Assembly (NCBI RefSeq): GCF_006345805.1
Contig: NC_042998.1
Location: 48,608,001-48,672,000, forward strand
Direction: 5' to 3'
DNA: 64,000 nt
DNA from: Octopus sinensis
Lineage: Eukaryota
A model generated the notes under the pieces. The model had not been told where the DNA came from. It worked only from the letters and a program-made list of their open reading frames with translations, and ran no database searches. Numbering within the stretch: position 1 is the first letter of the stretch; each line of letters starts with the position of its first letter. A program made the translations under genes and the position numbers. Shown piece after piece: positions 23,459 to 35,336 of this stretch.

Positions 23459-23670
23459 AAGGCGGTGAGCTGGCAGAATCTTTAGGGCGTAGCAACAAAT
23501 ATTTTACGGCATTTCTTCGGAGCTTTTACGTTCGTTGTTTAAATCCCCGCCAAGGTCAACTTTGCCTTTCATCATTACGGGGTCGATAAAAAAAAGTACC
23601 AGTTAAGGACTGGGGTTGATGAAGTCGACTTAAAATGAAATCCTCTCAAGATTGCTGACCTTGTGCCAAA
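23459..23670 (+). mobile_element. SINE family A (A2 tail)
   Basis: AAGGCGGTGAGCTGGCAGAATC..GTCAACTTTGCCTTTCATC..GGGGTCGATAAA..AAGTACCAG..GACCTTGTGCCAAAATGAAAAAG. Confidence 0.8.
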
Positions 23671-23718
23671 ATGAAAAAGAATTATTATTATTATTCTCTT
23701 CCTCCTTCTTCTTCGTCG

Positions 23719-23810
<92 letters not shown>

Positions 23811-24789
23811 GTCGTCGTCGTCTTTCTTTTCACTTAACCCTCAGTAGTTTATGCTTACAATAGCGACGTCCCTTTCTCACACATCATCACATAACGTAGC
23901 AACTCTTGTGTAATGGGTATTTTACGCGTACTTGTACATACATGTGTATTGTCATTTTTGTGCGAACGAGCGAGCGAGCGAGCGAGCGAGCGTGTGCGTG
24001 CGCATGTATTCATGATCCTGTGAATGGGTTTGTGTAGAAGGTCATGGTTATTGATTAGATTCTACATTTTTTCACGCTTCCATTGCCAACGAGCTACACG
24101 CTTCATGCGTCCAGATTTTACGTTCGATATTTGTTTGAAGCTAACCTTTCGCTTCTCTTCCTACCTTTTCTTTCTTCCGTTATATCATTCTGCCTTTCTT
24201 TTCTTTCCTTCTTTATATCCCCTCCTCCAGTCTTTCTTTTCTACCTTCCTTTCTTTTATTCGTCTCCTTTTGATTATTATCTTTGCTATTATGGCTATTA
24301 TTATCGATACTTTTGTTATTATTATAGAGGTTGATATTGTTGTTGTTGCTGCGGCTACTACTGCAGCTGTAGTTGTTTGCTTACAAGGGTAACAACCTTT
24401 CTCCAAATAATTACGGTCTTTATTTATATCATAAATTTGATGGAGGAAAGCTTGATTCTGCTCAACGGTTATTTGACTTCAGCTCCGTTAGTCTCTTTAC
24501 GTGTTAAAGTTAATTGGTGATTAGTGCCAATGTTTGGCATCACATTGCATTACGTTACATAGATTACGTAAAAAGCAGTAGCATTTTAATATATGTCATT
24601 ACATATACATGTATCGTTCAATATTTTCATCATACGTTTCCCATTTTCAAGGTTGTCATTTCGTTGAGATTGAAGGAGTCGTGGAGGTTCGGAGTCGTGG
24701 AGTCATGAGTTCTAAGAGGTGAAGGAAGACCATGATTATTTAAACAACCTCGAGACACGAAAGGTTACCGAGGCAAAAATCACGAAATG

Positions 24790-25515
24790 TTATACGCGTT
24801 TATGAAACTATATTGTATATACATGTATGTGTATGTGTGTGTGTGTTTGTGTGTATGTATGTATTTACATACATACATATATACATGTATACATATATAT
24901 ATACATGTATGTATATATGTATATACCAATATATATGCATATATGCATATGTACATATGTACATACATGTATGTATATATATGAATGTATAAATGCGTAT
25001 ATGCATGTATATATATATATATGCACACGCACACAGATTAACATATATACATAGATATGTATGTATGCATAGGTATGTATAGATACATATAAACGAGTGT
25101 TGTATATGTGTGTGAATGTATGTATGTATGTATGTATGTATGTATGTATGTATGTATGTATGTATGTATGTATGTGTGTATGTGGGATCATTCAAAAATC
25201 CCTTTAACATATGTATATATGTTTAGGCAAACGATCAAAGGAACGTGTGTATGACACCTGAAACAAGCACTGGTTTGTAAACTTGAGCAAGAAACTGCAT
25301 TTTATATTGCACCAGAATGGGTTCAAACCGAGTACTGATGCAGCCTCCTCTCTTCCAAGTCGTCTCATCCTGGATGCTCCACTGGGTTTAAGGCGTTAGC
25401 TCTGAACGGTTGTCTATATCTTCTCATGATTAAGATGGGATACAATTAACGAGAACATGGTACATGCTAGCTGTACTATATACATACATACATACATACA
25501 TACATACATACATAA

Positions 25516-25563
<48 letters not shown>

Positions 25564-25611
25564 TATATATACATATATATACATATATATATATATAATA
25601 CATATATATAT

Positions 25612-25693
<82 letters not shown>

Positions 25694-25705
25694 TATATAA
25701 TATCT
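24790..25705. repeat. Compound TA/TATG/TACA microsatellite block
   Basis: Directly visible; source of many YI/CV/MYVC artefact ORFs. Confidence 0.95.
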
Positions 25706-25989
25706 ATATGCATGCAACATCAAAAAATGGAGACGAACACTCTTCCTCCATATGATCGGCTTGAAGAATCGTTAAGATATTAAGATATTTTTCTTAACAT
25801 GAAACCAATGCTGGCCTTAATACACAAATAAAGAAATTTTTCCCCCAATGCGGTGTTCAGCACTCATTCTCATTGTTCGACAGTTACGTGGGTGTGTGCG
25901 TGTGTGTGTCTGTGTGTATGCCTGTGCCTGTGTGTGTGTGCACGTGTATATATATAGATGCATATGTTTAAGCAATAACAATCAGAAAA

Positions 25990-26062
25990 GTGACTGACGG
26001 GCCGAGAGTTTCGTTCATGCCACTTAAGCGCCATGCACGAAACTTTCGGCCTTTGAGTGACT
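25990..26062. ncRNA. Pri-miRNA-like hairpin candidate
   Basis: 26000-26019 pairs with 26032-26051 (18 WC, 1 GU, 1 mismatch), 12-nt loop, and an imperfect ~11-bp basal extension; lies in non-repeat DNA. Confidence 0.35.
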
Positions 26063-27121
26063 TTCTGCCGATTAATAAATAAGTGTGTATAGTCACGTAC
26101 TGAGTCCTGTTTCCCCCGTTTGCTCTATCAAACCGTTGTGTACGTTCGTATGCGTATGTATACGTAAGCATGTATGTGCGAGCGCATGCACAACATACAT
26201 GCATATATGTGTGGGTGTGTGTGTGTGTGCAGAGAGAAGGTAAAAAGAGAGAAAGGAAGGTGGATGGTGAAATTGTGTTGTCCTATTTCCGGTTTATCGA
26301 GCGTGAAAAGGATACAAAATTATTCCCTACACCAGAGGAAGTAAAATTAGTTTATCGCATTTCACTTCTGTGCTTTGTACCAATGGGAATTGGAATGACC
26401 ACAGTGAATGAACGAAGCCCCACTTAATATCAGAAATACTTTCATAAATCATACCAGCTAATGTATCAATCGAGAGATTGTTGACTTAATCTGTCTATCG
26501 TGCAGGTGGCGGATTGCTTAGCGTGTTATTTGTTCTGACATTTTGCAACTGAGTTCCAATCCAGTCAAAGTCAACTTCGATAGACAAAATAAGTACCAAT
26601 TTAAGGAGATGGATGCTTTGCGGTATTTATTCTGGCAGTTTGCGTTCAGAGTTCAAATCTTGCTATGGCCTACTGGGCTTGTAGACTTAGACTTAATCTG
26701 CGACCTGGTTTAACGCCACCTCTTCACAACTTGGGTGCTTTAAGTGGAGTATACCCTGTTGCAAGCATGCAGACCACGTTCCCAGTTTAAGAATACCTTC
26801 CTTTGTCTCACCCACCAATTTCGAAGATTCTGCGAAAAAGGCCATGCATACCACCGTCTCTTCAACCTAACAGATAAAAAAAGAAGAAAGAATTACAAGA
26901 AGAAACTAAGGTCCCAAAAGAAGCATTTCAGTAACGCTGAAAAAAGCTGTGAAATAGCGCTATACAAGGCTACCAACGACTAGAAACTTTAAGATCTTCA
27001 TAATATGTAGGAAGAAAATAAAATGTGTATACTCTGTGCGCCTTCTTTGCAATTTTAATGAAATTTCAAATTTTAAAACCCACACCATGTGTAACACAAA
27101 TATATCTTTTATCGTTTTTCC

Positions 27122-27335
27122 TTTATCTGTTTCAGTTATTAGACTGCAGCCATGGTGGGGCACCGCCTCGAATAACTTTTAGACGAAAGAATCGGCCCGA
27201 GGACTAAATTTGTTTAAGCCTGGTGCTTATTCTATCGGTCACTTTTTTGCCGAACTGGTAAGTTTGCGAGGTTGTAAACAAAACGACAAAGGTTGCCAAG
27301 CAGTAGTGGGGGGGAAATACAGACACAAGCACATA
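27122..27335 (-). mobile_element. SINE family B 3' half
   Basis: TGTTTCAGTTATTAGACTGCAGCCATGGTGGGGCACCGCC..TATTCTATCGGTCACTTTTTGCCGAACTG. Confidence 0.75.
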
Positions 27336-27347
27336 CACACACATACA

Positions 27348-27388
<41 letters not shown>

Positions 27389-27399
27389 ATATACATATA

Positions 27400-27803
27400 T
27401 TCGAACACAGTAAAGCTGAGAAGACAGCAGAGAAAGATTGGGTATTCACGTTTTGACAACGTTTTTCCTTCTTATTAGGGTAGACACCCAATTTTTCTCT
27501 GCTGTGCTTACAGCTATAGTGCGTTCGAAATTTACTTTCGCGTCTGCAAAATTCCAAACAGATTTTTGATGCTTCCAAGGTTTGTTTATAAAATGTCGCA
27601 TTCGAACGCTATAATTTTGCATTAAATTTGATGGTAATTGTTTTTGGGGCTCGTTTAGCTTAAGAGTGAGAGCGTTTAGCCAGTATTTGTGAAGTACGCG
27701 TTCAACTCCCATATCCGCCTTCTGACAACATCTGTTTTTCTTCTTTGTAAAGATAAATACCCAGTCTTTCTCTACTGTCCTTACAGCTTTATTGCGTTCG
27801 GAA
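27400..27803. repeat. Three copies of a ~46-bp motif (one forward, two reverse) forming a hairpin and a direct repeat
   Basis: 27400-27445 vs reverse complement of 27483-27528 is 37/46; third copy at 27757-27803. Confidence 0.75.
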
Positions 27804-27904
27804 TTTGCTTTCTTGTTTGCAAATAAGACACACGGTACCCATGATATTTGTTCGACTAAAGGTGCTGCTTGCAAGTTAATTCAACCCAACCTGGTGCCTA
27901 TCAT

Positions 27905-28203
27905 TGAAATACCTAATTCATTTTGTATATATGATGGACTCTCCCGTCGTTAGATGACGTATGAGGGTCCGACAATTTCTTACCGAACAACCACACAGGT
28001 GATTTGTTTATAGTGATCGAATGTTTGTGTAGAAATAAGCTAACTCCCTCCATCAGATCGACATTACCTGTACAGGTGCAACGGGTGCCACATGTCACTT
28101 ATCAAAATGAAGTGCTTTGCTCAAGAACACAACGCAACGCCCGGTCTGGGAATCGAACTCACGATCTCTCAATCGTGAGTGCAACACCCCAACCACTAAG
28201 TCA
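27905..28203 (-). mobile_element. SINE family G, near full length
   Basis: Head CTTAGTGGTTGGGGTGTTGCACTCACGATT..GAGTTCGATTCCCAGACCGGG..GTGTTCTTGAGCAAAGCACTT. Confidence 0.75.
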
Positions 28204-28334
28204 CATATATACGACGGGCTTCTTTCAGTTTCCGTCTAAAAATTTCACTCACAAGGCTTTGGTCGGTCCGAGGCTATAGTAGAAGACACTTGCCCAAGGT
28301 GACACGCCTGCGCCCATATGTTTATCTTACATTT

Positions 28335-28483
28335 TTCTTTGACTTGTTTCAGTATTTAAACAAAGGCCATGCTGGGGCAACCGCAGTACTTATTTTACTT
28401 AAGCCTGGAGCTTCCGACGGTCTCTTTTGTTGACTCACAAAGTTGGGAAACGTAAACAAAACCAAACCTGTCAAGCGGTAGAG

Positions 28484-28518
<35 letters not shown>

Positions 28519-28652
28519 GGCCGGATTCTTTCAGTTTCGTTGACCAAATCCACTTAGAAGGCTTTGATCAGTAGAAAACACTTACCGAAACAGTGAAACT
28601 GAACCCGGAACCACGTTGTTAGGAATTAAACTTCTTATCACACAACCATACT
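28335..28652 (-). mobile_element. SINE family B, diverged full copy (another head at 28206-28313)
   Basis: Tail, (CA)n, core TTCTTTCAGTTTCG..CCAAATCCAC, and head GAACCCGGAACCAC..CACACAACCATAC in order. Confidence 0.7.
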
Positions 28653-28950
28653 TGTTACTCCATATACTGCCTTTAGCCATAGGACTTTGTGGTAGGAGGC
28701 GAAGACGACTGTTCTCTTTTCTCTGGAATCTAATTTGAAACTTGAGAAACCTTATGTAAATGGTTATAATCCGGGAAGCAACCAGCTAGTAAAATTTTGC
28801 TCACCCCGAGTTTATCTCGTATTTCAAGACATTTTCCACAAACATATATGATAGACTCATATTCACATGCGAGGCAGTAAACATATTATAGTAATGAAAT
28901 CACCATGAAGTAACATCGTGGGAGAAATATACTAATCATTTTCATTACAG

Positions 28951-29161
28951 GAGAAAGGCCTGGAATTTAGTGAGGAGGGAGCTAGTCGATTATATCGACA
29001 CCAGGATTCAACTGGTTTCTATTTTATCGACCTTCAAAGGGGAATTCGACCACCAAAGGGAAAGTCGACCTCGGCGGAATTTGAACCCAGAAACTAGACA
29101 GACGAAAATGCTGCAAAGCATTTTGCCAGGTATGCTAACGATTGTACCAGCACGCCGCCTT
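28951..29161 (-). mobile_element. SINE family A (A2 tail)
   Basis: AAAGGCCTGGAATTT..GGGAGCTAGTCGATTATATCGAC..AAAGTCGACCTCGGCGGAATTTGAACCCAG..CACGCCGCCTT. Confidence 0.8.
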
Positions 29162-29903
29162 AAGAACGCAGTAAATAATTTAATGTTAATATAGTTAGTT
29201 GAGTTGAAAACACTAAGCGGAATGGCCACGGATGGAAAGCACTTAATCATATGTCTATTTCACTGAGACTGGTCTGGAATTAGACAACAATGGCAACATC
29301 AACTTGCGTACTTTAAATGCATGTATACTGAGTGTGATATGACAGGCAATTAGACAGATAGACAATTAGATAGAAGGTAGATATATATATATATAGAGAG
29401 AGAGAGACAGACAGACAGTCAGACAAGACAGATAGATAGATAGTGAGAGATATAGGGAAAGAGAGAGAGAGAGAGAGAGTAGGCAGACAGACGGACAGAC
29501 AGATTGGCAGGCAGACAAACAGGCTAATAGACAGACATGCAAACAAATAGACAGATGGACAGAGAGTTGCTTGGTTGGCTGGCTGGCTGGTTGGCTGGTT
29601 GGCTGGCTGGCTAAATGGATGGATGAATGTATGGATGGATGGATAGATGGATGGATGGATGGATGGATGGATAGGCAGGCAGACATGTGGACGAACGAAC
29701 GAACGGAGGAACGAGCGAACGAACGAACGAACAGCGAGTTATATAGATGTCAGCATAGATAGTTAGATGTCTTGGAGAGATAGACTGACTGACTGAAAAA
29801 TATAGGAAGAATTCCTTGACACTCTACTGTAACATTCACTACTGACTGTTATTATTGATGGTGCTACTGCTGCTAGTGCTGTTGTTGCTGTAGCTAAAAT
29901 GGC

Positions 29904-29944
<41 letters not shown>

Positions 29945-30468
29945 ATGATTCCAATGCTGTTAAACGATACAAATAATTCTGCCTGGAACGCTAGGGTGAA
30001 GAACAAAATCATGAGAATACTATATCACTTGTATTGCTACCATATAGCTGATGTCGTTACTGCTGCTTCGAATAACGAACGGTTTGTTTCTAACTTGGAT
30101 ACAAGGATACAAATTAGGGTGAAAGAGTGACGAAGAATAAAGTCGATTATATCGACCCTAGTACTTGATTGGTGTTTTATTTTATCATCAACCCTGCAAA
30201 GACAAACCCTGTGAGAGAGTCTCAACGAAGTCGCTCAACCTGCTAGAAATAGCAACAAAATCTCCGTGACATTATACGCCACCGTCTTGAGAAAAGGAAG
30301 GATATATTGGAGAGCACAGTGGTAGACAGCCCTTAAAATGAATATAGGATGATTGCTAGATTTTTTTTTTTGGCTACAATTCTGTAAGATGAGAACTGAA
30401 ATGGGGCCAAGCGCCAAAAGATCAACAACCTTGGAAGAGCAAACGTAAGCCGTACTTTGAACTGATAT

Positions 30469-30518
<50 letters not shown>

Positions 30519-30520
<2 letters not shown>

Positions 30521-30672
30521 CACAAAACAAAAGTAAAAACAAAAAAAGGAAAGTCAAAATGATGTTCACGGTATTAGGTTGACGCTCAGTTTAAGATAGG
30601 AAAAAGGAAGTGGGTGACGTTTCGAACATGGTTCTTTGTCAGAAAGATGAAAATGGAAAGGTCTAGAAAGAA
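30519..30672 (-). mobile_element. Penelope-like terminal repeat with minimal hammerhead motif
   Basis: Reverse complement of 30615-30642: CTGACAA-A-GAAC-CAT-GTTC-GAAACGTCA; second copy at 31997-32155. Confidence 0.65.
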
Positions 30673-30794
30673 GGAAAAGAAAAGCACGTGTGTGTTTACA
30701 TAGCGTGTGTGTGTGTGTGTGTGTGCATGCGTGCGTGTTTATGTGTGACAAGGTATGTGTGTGAGGAGGGTTGACCATCATCATTATCTTCATC

Positions 30795-31045
30795 ATCATC
30801 ATCGTCGTTCTTATCATCACCGTTTTAACGTACACTTTCGAACGTTTGCATGGGTTTGACGGAGTTTATTGAGAAAGATTTTCAACGGCCGGATGCCCTT
30901 TCCTGTTGCTGATCCTCACCTGTTTCCAAAGCAAAATAATATTTCCCCATGGTCAGACATGTTTTTTTGCAGAATATTGAAAGTCAATGACACTATCTAC
31001 ATGATAGTAACACTCACCTACAACTGTCATGCAACGTCAAGGAGA
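30795..31045 (-). mobile_element. SINE-like element (family H) with GGGCATCCGGCCG motif and (GAT)n tail
   Basis: CAACGGCCGGATGCCCTTTCCTGTTGC and TTTAACGT..ATCATCATC tail, a pattern typical of RTE-tailed SINEs. Confidence 0.55.
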
Positions 31046-31194
31046 CAAACATACAGACAGACAAATACACACGCATCCATACATAATACATACATACATA
31101 CATACATACATACTTACATATATACATACATGCATACATTCATACATATATACATACATACATACATACATACATACATACATACATACATACA

Positions 31195-31228
<34 letters not shown>

Positions 31229-31277
31229 CATGCATACATTCATACATATATACATACATACATATGTAAACATAATA

Positions 31278-31770
31278 GTCGTCCCATGGTAATATGGGAT
31301 CGAGAAGAGTAACTGTTTGTAGAAATTAGCTACCCAGCAGATGTTAACAAAAAGCTAAAGATCAGCGAAAAAAGAAAATACCTACACAGAACTATGCAAG
31401 AATCTACAGCAGTTCTATCCAGATTAAAATTTCAGGTTTATACCGGTAGTCATTGGGATATCTAACACACTGCGATATGTAACACACTGCCTAAATACCG
31501 ATCTTAAGAAATTAGGCTTTGCAAAACCAGTAAGGAGAAAGATGATTCGAAGACGACAGCTCCGAGCCAACACTGGAACTGTAAAAGTCTGGAAAAATTC
31601 TCCAGAAGTTTATCATATCAGTATATATGAACATGTCTACATACGCAAGTATATGCAGAAGATATATATAAAACAAAACATACAAATATGCACGTATACA
31701 TACATACAAAAATACCAAGTTCAACAACCCTGGAGAAGTAAACGTAAAGCCGTGCTTTGAACTGACATAT
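31278..31770 (+). mobile_element. REL-type non-LTR retrotransposon 3' end (family distinct from the Dong copies)
   Basis: MVIWDREE..VEISYPADVNKKLKISEK..NLQQFYPD..RFIPVVIG..YVTHCLNTDLKKLGF..TGTVKV. Its 3' terminus also occurs at 30423-30465, and a CCHC-region fragment probably lies at 32370-32580. Confidence 0.7.
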
Positions 31771-31771
31771 G

Positions 31772-31825
<54 letters not shown>

Positions 31826-31832
<7 letters not shown>

Positions 31833-31900
31833 GGTTGTATACTGTCAATCTAACAAGAACGTGACAGTAGGGGGAGATTGACAGTATACAACCATTATAT
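31826..31900. repeat. Perfect 26-bp inverted repeat (mini-MITE or hairpin)
   Basis: ATATAATGGTTGTATACTGTCAATCT / AGATTGACAGTATACAACCATTATAT with a 23-nt spacer. Confidence 0.85.
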
Positions 31901-31996
31901 CGCTCCACCACCGTACACCTCTCTACGAGAGATTTAGAAACTCAATATTTCTTATATATATATATATATATATATTATTATATATATATGTATATA

Positions 31997-32265
31997 GGCA
32001 AAGCAAAAGTAAAAACAAGAATAAAAACAAAAGAAGGTAAGTCAAAAGGATGTCCATAGTATTAGGTTGACCCTCAGTTTAAGATGGAAAAAAGGAAGTG
32101 GGTGACGTTTCGTACATGGTTCTTTGTCAGAAAGAGGTAAGTGGAAAGGTCTGGATTTTGCTGAAATTCTGGATGTTGTTTGAAATTCCAATGAAGGAGC
32201 CTTGGATCCAGGTTAGAAACCAGCTCTTTCTCCATTGCAAGAAATCTTGAAATAGACTGAATAAT
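31997..32265 (-). mobile_element. Penelope-like 3' end (GIY-YIG tail + terminal repeat with hammerhead motif)
   Basis: RFLAMEKELVSNLDPRLLHWNF resembles the R..E..LI..L.T..P.G.N PLE end; CTGACAAAGAACCATGTACGAAACGTCA at 32103-32130. Confidence 0.6.
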
Positions 32266-32613
32266 GATATGCACATATACATACATACACACATACACAA
32301 CATACATACATACATACATACATACATACCATACATACATACATACATACATACATACATACATACATAGCCGCGAGTGCCCAAGACACTGATAAAAATC
32401 GATAAAAGAAAAAAACTCAAAAAGTGGGGTTTACATCGAGTGGAAAGATGCCAACAAAAACAAGATACAGCAATAAAAATTTCGAGAGCTCACCAATACG
32501 TAAAAAACTGCCAGGAATTATTAGGCAAGAGTTTCACCCGCACATATTGGCCTGGATTACTCTGCCACATATAAGGCATCAGAATTGTTCTCTCAATTTC
32601 TTTCTCCTTACGT

Positions 32614-32809
32614 CAAAGGTTGTCAACCATTTCTTTATCTATGGATCGCACTGATTACTATTTCATTGTGGTGGACCCTACAGCCATTCCATGTTTTAAA
32701 ACTGGCTTTTTAAAACTAGCCCTTAAAATACTATTGTGGGATCCCCAATTTACTAATCTGTTACGTGGACCCCCAAAAATCTTATAAGGACCCCGGTTGA
32801 GAACCGCTG
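32614..32809. mobile_element. hAT-type MITE (CAGTGGTTCTCAACC-like TIRs)
   Basis: CAAAGGTTGTCAACC / GGTTGAGAACCGCTG (12/15); internal sequence shared with 47978-48319. Confidence 0.7.
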
Positions 32810-33282
32810 TGCTCTGCCAACCTCATTTTAAGATAGATACGCGAGTAAAATTACTATTAGAGAAACGAAACTAAACTTTGGAAGTAGCAACGCCACCATA
32901 GGTTACGTGGAAACGATGAACGTGTTTTCAAGGAAGATAATCAAAGAACGTAACATTGTAATACTTCATGTAATACTTCATTGTAATACTTCATATAGAA
33001 AAGTATACACCAAACTGAACAGCGCTGGATCTATTCCAGATTCACTCGGAAATGTATTGCATGAGGAGGGTTCTCGGGAACACATCTGCTAGGGATTGCA
33101 CAGGCTGGCACGTTTTCAGCTACACCATAGTTGATTAATTCTACATCTTGGAGAGCATGCTTGCCAAAAGATTTGAATATGTATTGAGCAGAGTTTCAAG
33201 TCTGAAATGCTCTAACACGTTTCTCAGCAGCGCTATTATTCCCCTGGTTCAGTGGACTGTGAATGTTGTTAATAATAATAAT

Positions 33283-33685
33283 AACTAGAAAAGCACTCGG
33301 AGAGCGCAGACCTCTGCCAACCTCATTTTAAGATAGATACGCGAGTAAAATTACTATTAGAGAAACGAAAATAACTTTGGAAGTAGCAACGCCACCATAG
33401 GTTACGTGGAAACGATGAACGTGTTTTCAAGGAAGATAATCAAAGAACGTAACATTGTAATACTTCATGTAAAGTAAATATAACAAATGAAAAATCCTTC
33501 AAGAATCCATAAAAATTCCCGGATCACCACCAGAATTTCATCATCTGTCCTTTGTGTCATTACCAACTTTTCCCGCAAGTTTCATCAAATACCGTTCACA
33601 ACTTTTTGAGTTATTTTGCACACAGACGGACAGACGGACAAACCAACACCGATGAAAACTTAACCTCCTTCCTTGGCGGAGGAAA
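33283..33685 (+). mobile_element. Helentron-type non-autonomous element (HINE/DINE-1-like)
   Basis: 5' AACTAGAAAAGCACTCGGAGAGCGCAGACCTCTGCCAA; subterminal IR CCTCYGCCAA / TTGGCGGAGG; (CAGACGGA)n microsatellite; 3' hairpin CCTCC..GGAGG; AT-rich insertion site. Confidence 0.75.
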
Positions 33686-33804
33686 TAATAATAATAATAG
33701 TAATAATAATAATGATAACAATAATAATAATGATAATAATAATAATAATATAAAATAATAATAATAATAATAAATAATAATAATAATAATAATAATAATG
33801 ATAA

Positions 33805-34600
33805 CAATGCTTTCTAATCGGTGTATCAATACCAGCAGATGACAATGTTTCTCTAAAAGAAACAGAAAAACTTTCAAAATACAAAGATCTGGAAATAGAG
33901 GTAACTCGAGTGTGGAACCTAAAAACAGTAACAATTTCTATTATAGTAGGCGCATTAGGTATGATAAATAACATTCAAATAAATACATAACAAAAAAGAC
34001 AAGGACTGGCTAAGAAGGAATATATTCACAGACACGACAGAGTTGGGACCTATATATACTGGATGTTATGCCAACACTATCGAACAACAACAGAAAAGAT
34101 GGATAAGCTCACGCCAGAAAAGGTCACAGAAAATGAGAAAGCAACTATACTATGGGATATGCCAATTGACACAGATAGAGAAAATAAGGCCAAATAGCCG
34201 GATATAGTTGTCAGAGATCATCAAGAAAAAATGCTTTCTAATCGATGTATCAATACCAATAGATGACAACCTTTCTCTAAAAGAAACGGAGAAACTTTCA
34301 AAATACAAAGACCTGGAAATAGAAGTAACACGAATGTGGAGTCTAAAAGCAGAAACAATTCCTATCATAGTAGGCACATAGGGTATGATAAAAATATTCA
34401 GACAAATACATAACAAAAACATCAGGAACTAACAAGTATATATAACATACAGAAAATAGCACTACTAGGCACCGCACAAATCCTACGTAAAACACTTTTA
34501 ATACAGTAAAAATAAGAGCATCACAAACCACAGCACATAACCAATGCACACAGAGCTGCGCTCGGTAGTACAGTGAAAGGTCAGGATAAAAGTAAGACTA

Positions 34601-34603
<3 letters not shown>
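33805..34603 (+). mobile_element. Two nested 5'-truncated R4/Dong-type copies (33805-34010 and 34011-34603)
   Basis: CFLIGVSIPADDNVSLKETEKLSKYKDLEIEV; KEYIHRHDRVG..ILWDMPIDTDRE..PDIVVRDH..LIDVSIP..KLSKYKDLEIEV..IQKIALLGTAQILRKTL; ends ACTACTG-(AAT)n. Confidence 0.9.
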
Positions 34604-34699
<96 letters not shown>

Positions 34700-34790
34700 T
34701 AATAATAATAGTAATAATAATTAAAATAATAATAATAATAATAACAACAACAACAACAACAATAATAATAATAATGATAATAATAATAAT

Positions 34791-35030
34791 AAAAGGTAGC
34801 AGTATTACCAATAATTATCGGAGCTCTGGGAAAAATGAGTAAAAATCTCGAGAAGTACGTGGAACAAATAGGGGCTGCAATAAGGGTGGAGCACTTGCAG
34901 AAAACACCACCGCTTGGAACCGCTCGAACACCCCGGAAGGTGCTCGAAAAACAAGAGGTGTTACCTTAGTTCGCTGGTAGTGAACAGCTGACACTGTAAT
35001 ACATCTCCAGCGTTAGAAGCTGTGCAAGGC
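34791..35030 (+). mobile_element. R4/Dong-type 3' end, subfamily D, copy 1
   Basis: KVAVLPIIIGALGKMSKNLEKYVEQIGAAIRVEHLQK..LGTAR..RKVLEK; flanked by (AAT)n. Confidence 0.85.
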
Positions 35031-35336
35031 AATAATAATAATAATAGTAATAATAATAATAATGATAGTGAAGTGAAAGCACGCTATAAAAATAAAACTA
35101 CTGAATAATAATATAATAATAAATAATAATAATAATAATAATAATAATATAATAATAATAATATATAATAATAATAATAATTAATAATAATAATAATATA
35201 ATAATAATAGTATATAATAATAATTAAAAATAATACTAATATAATAATAATAATAATAAATAATAATAATAACAACACAACAATAATAATAATAATGATA
35301 TAATAATATAATAATAATAATAATTATTATTATTAT

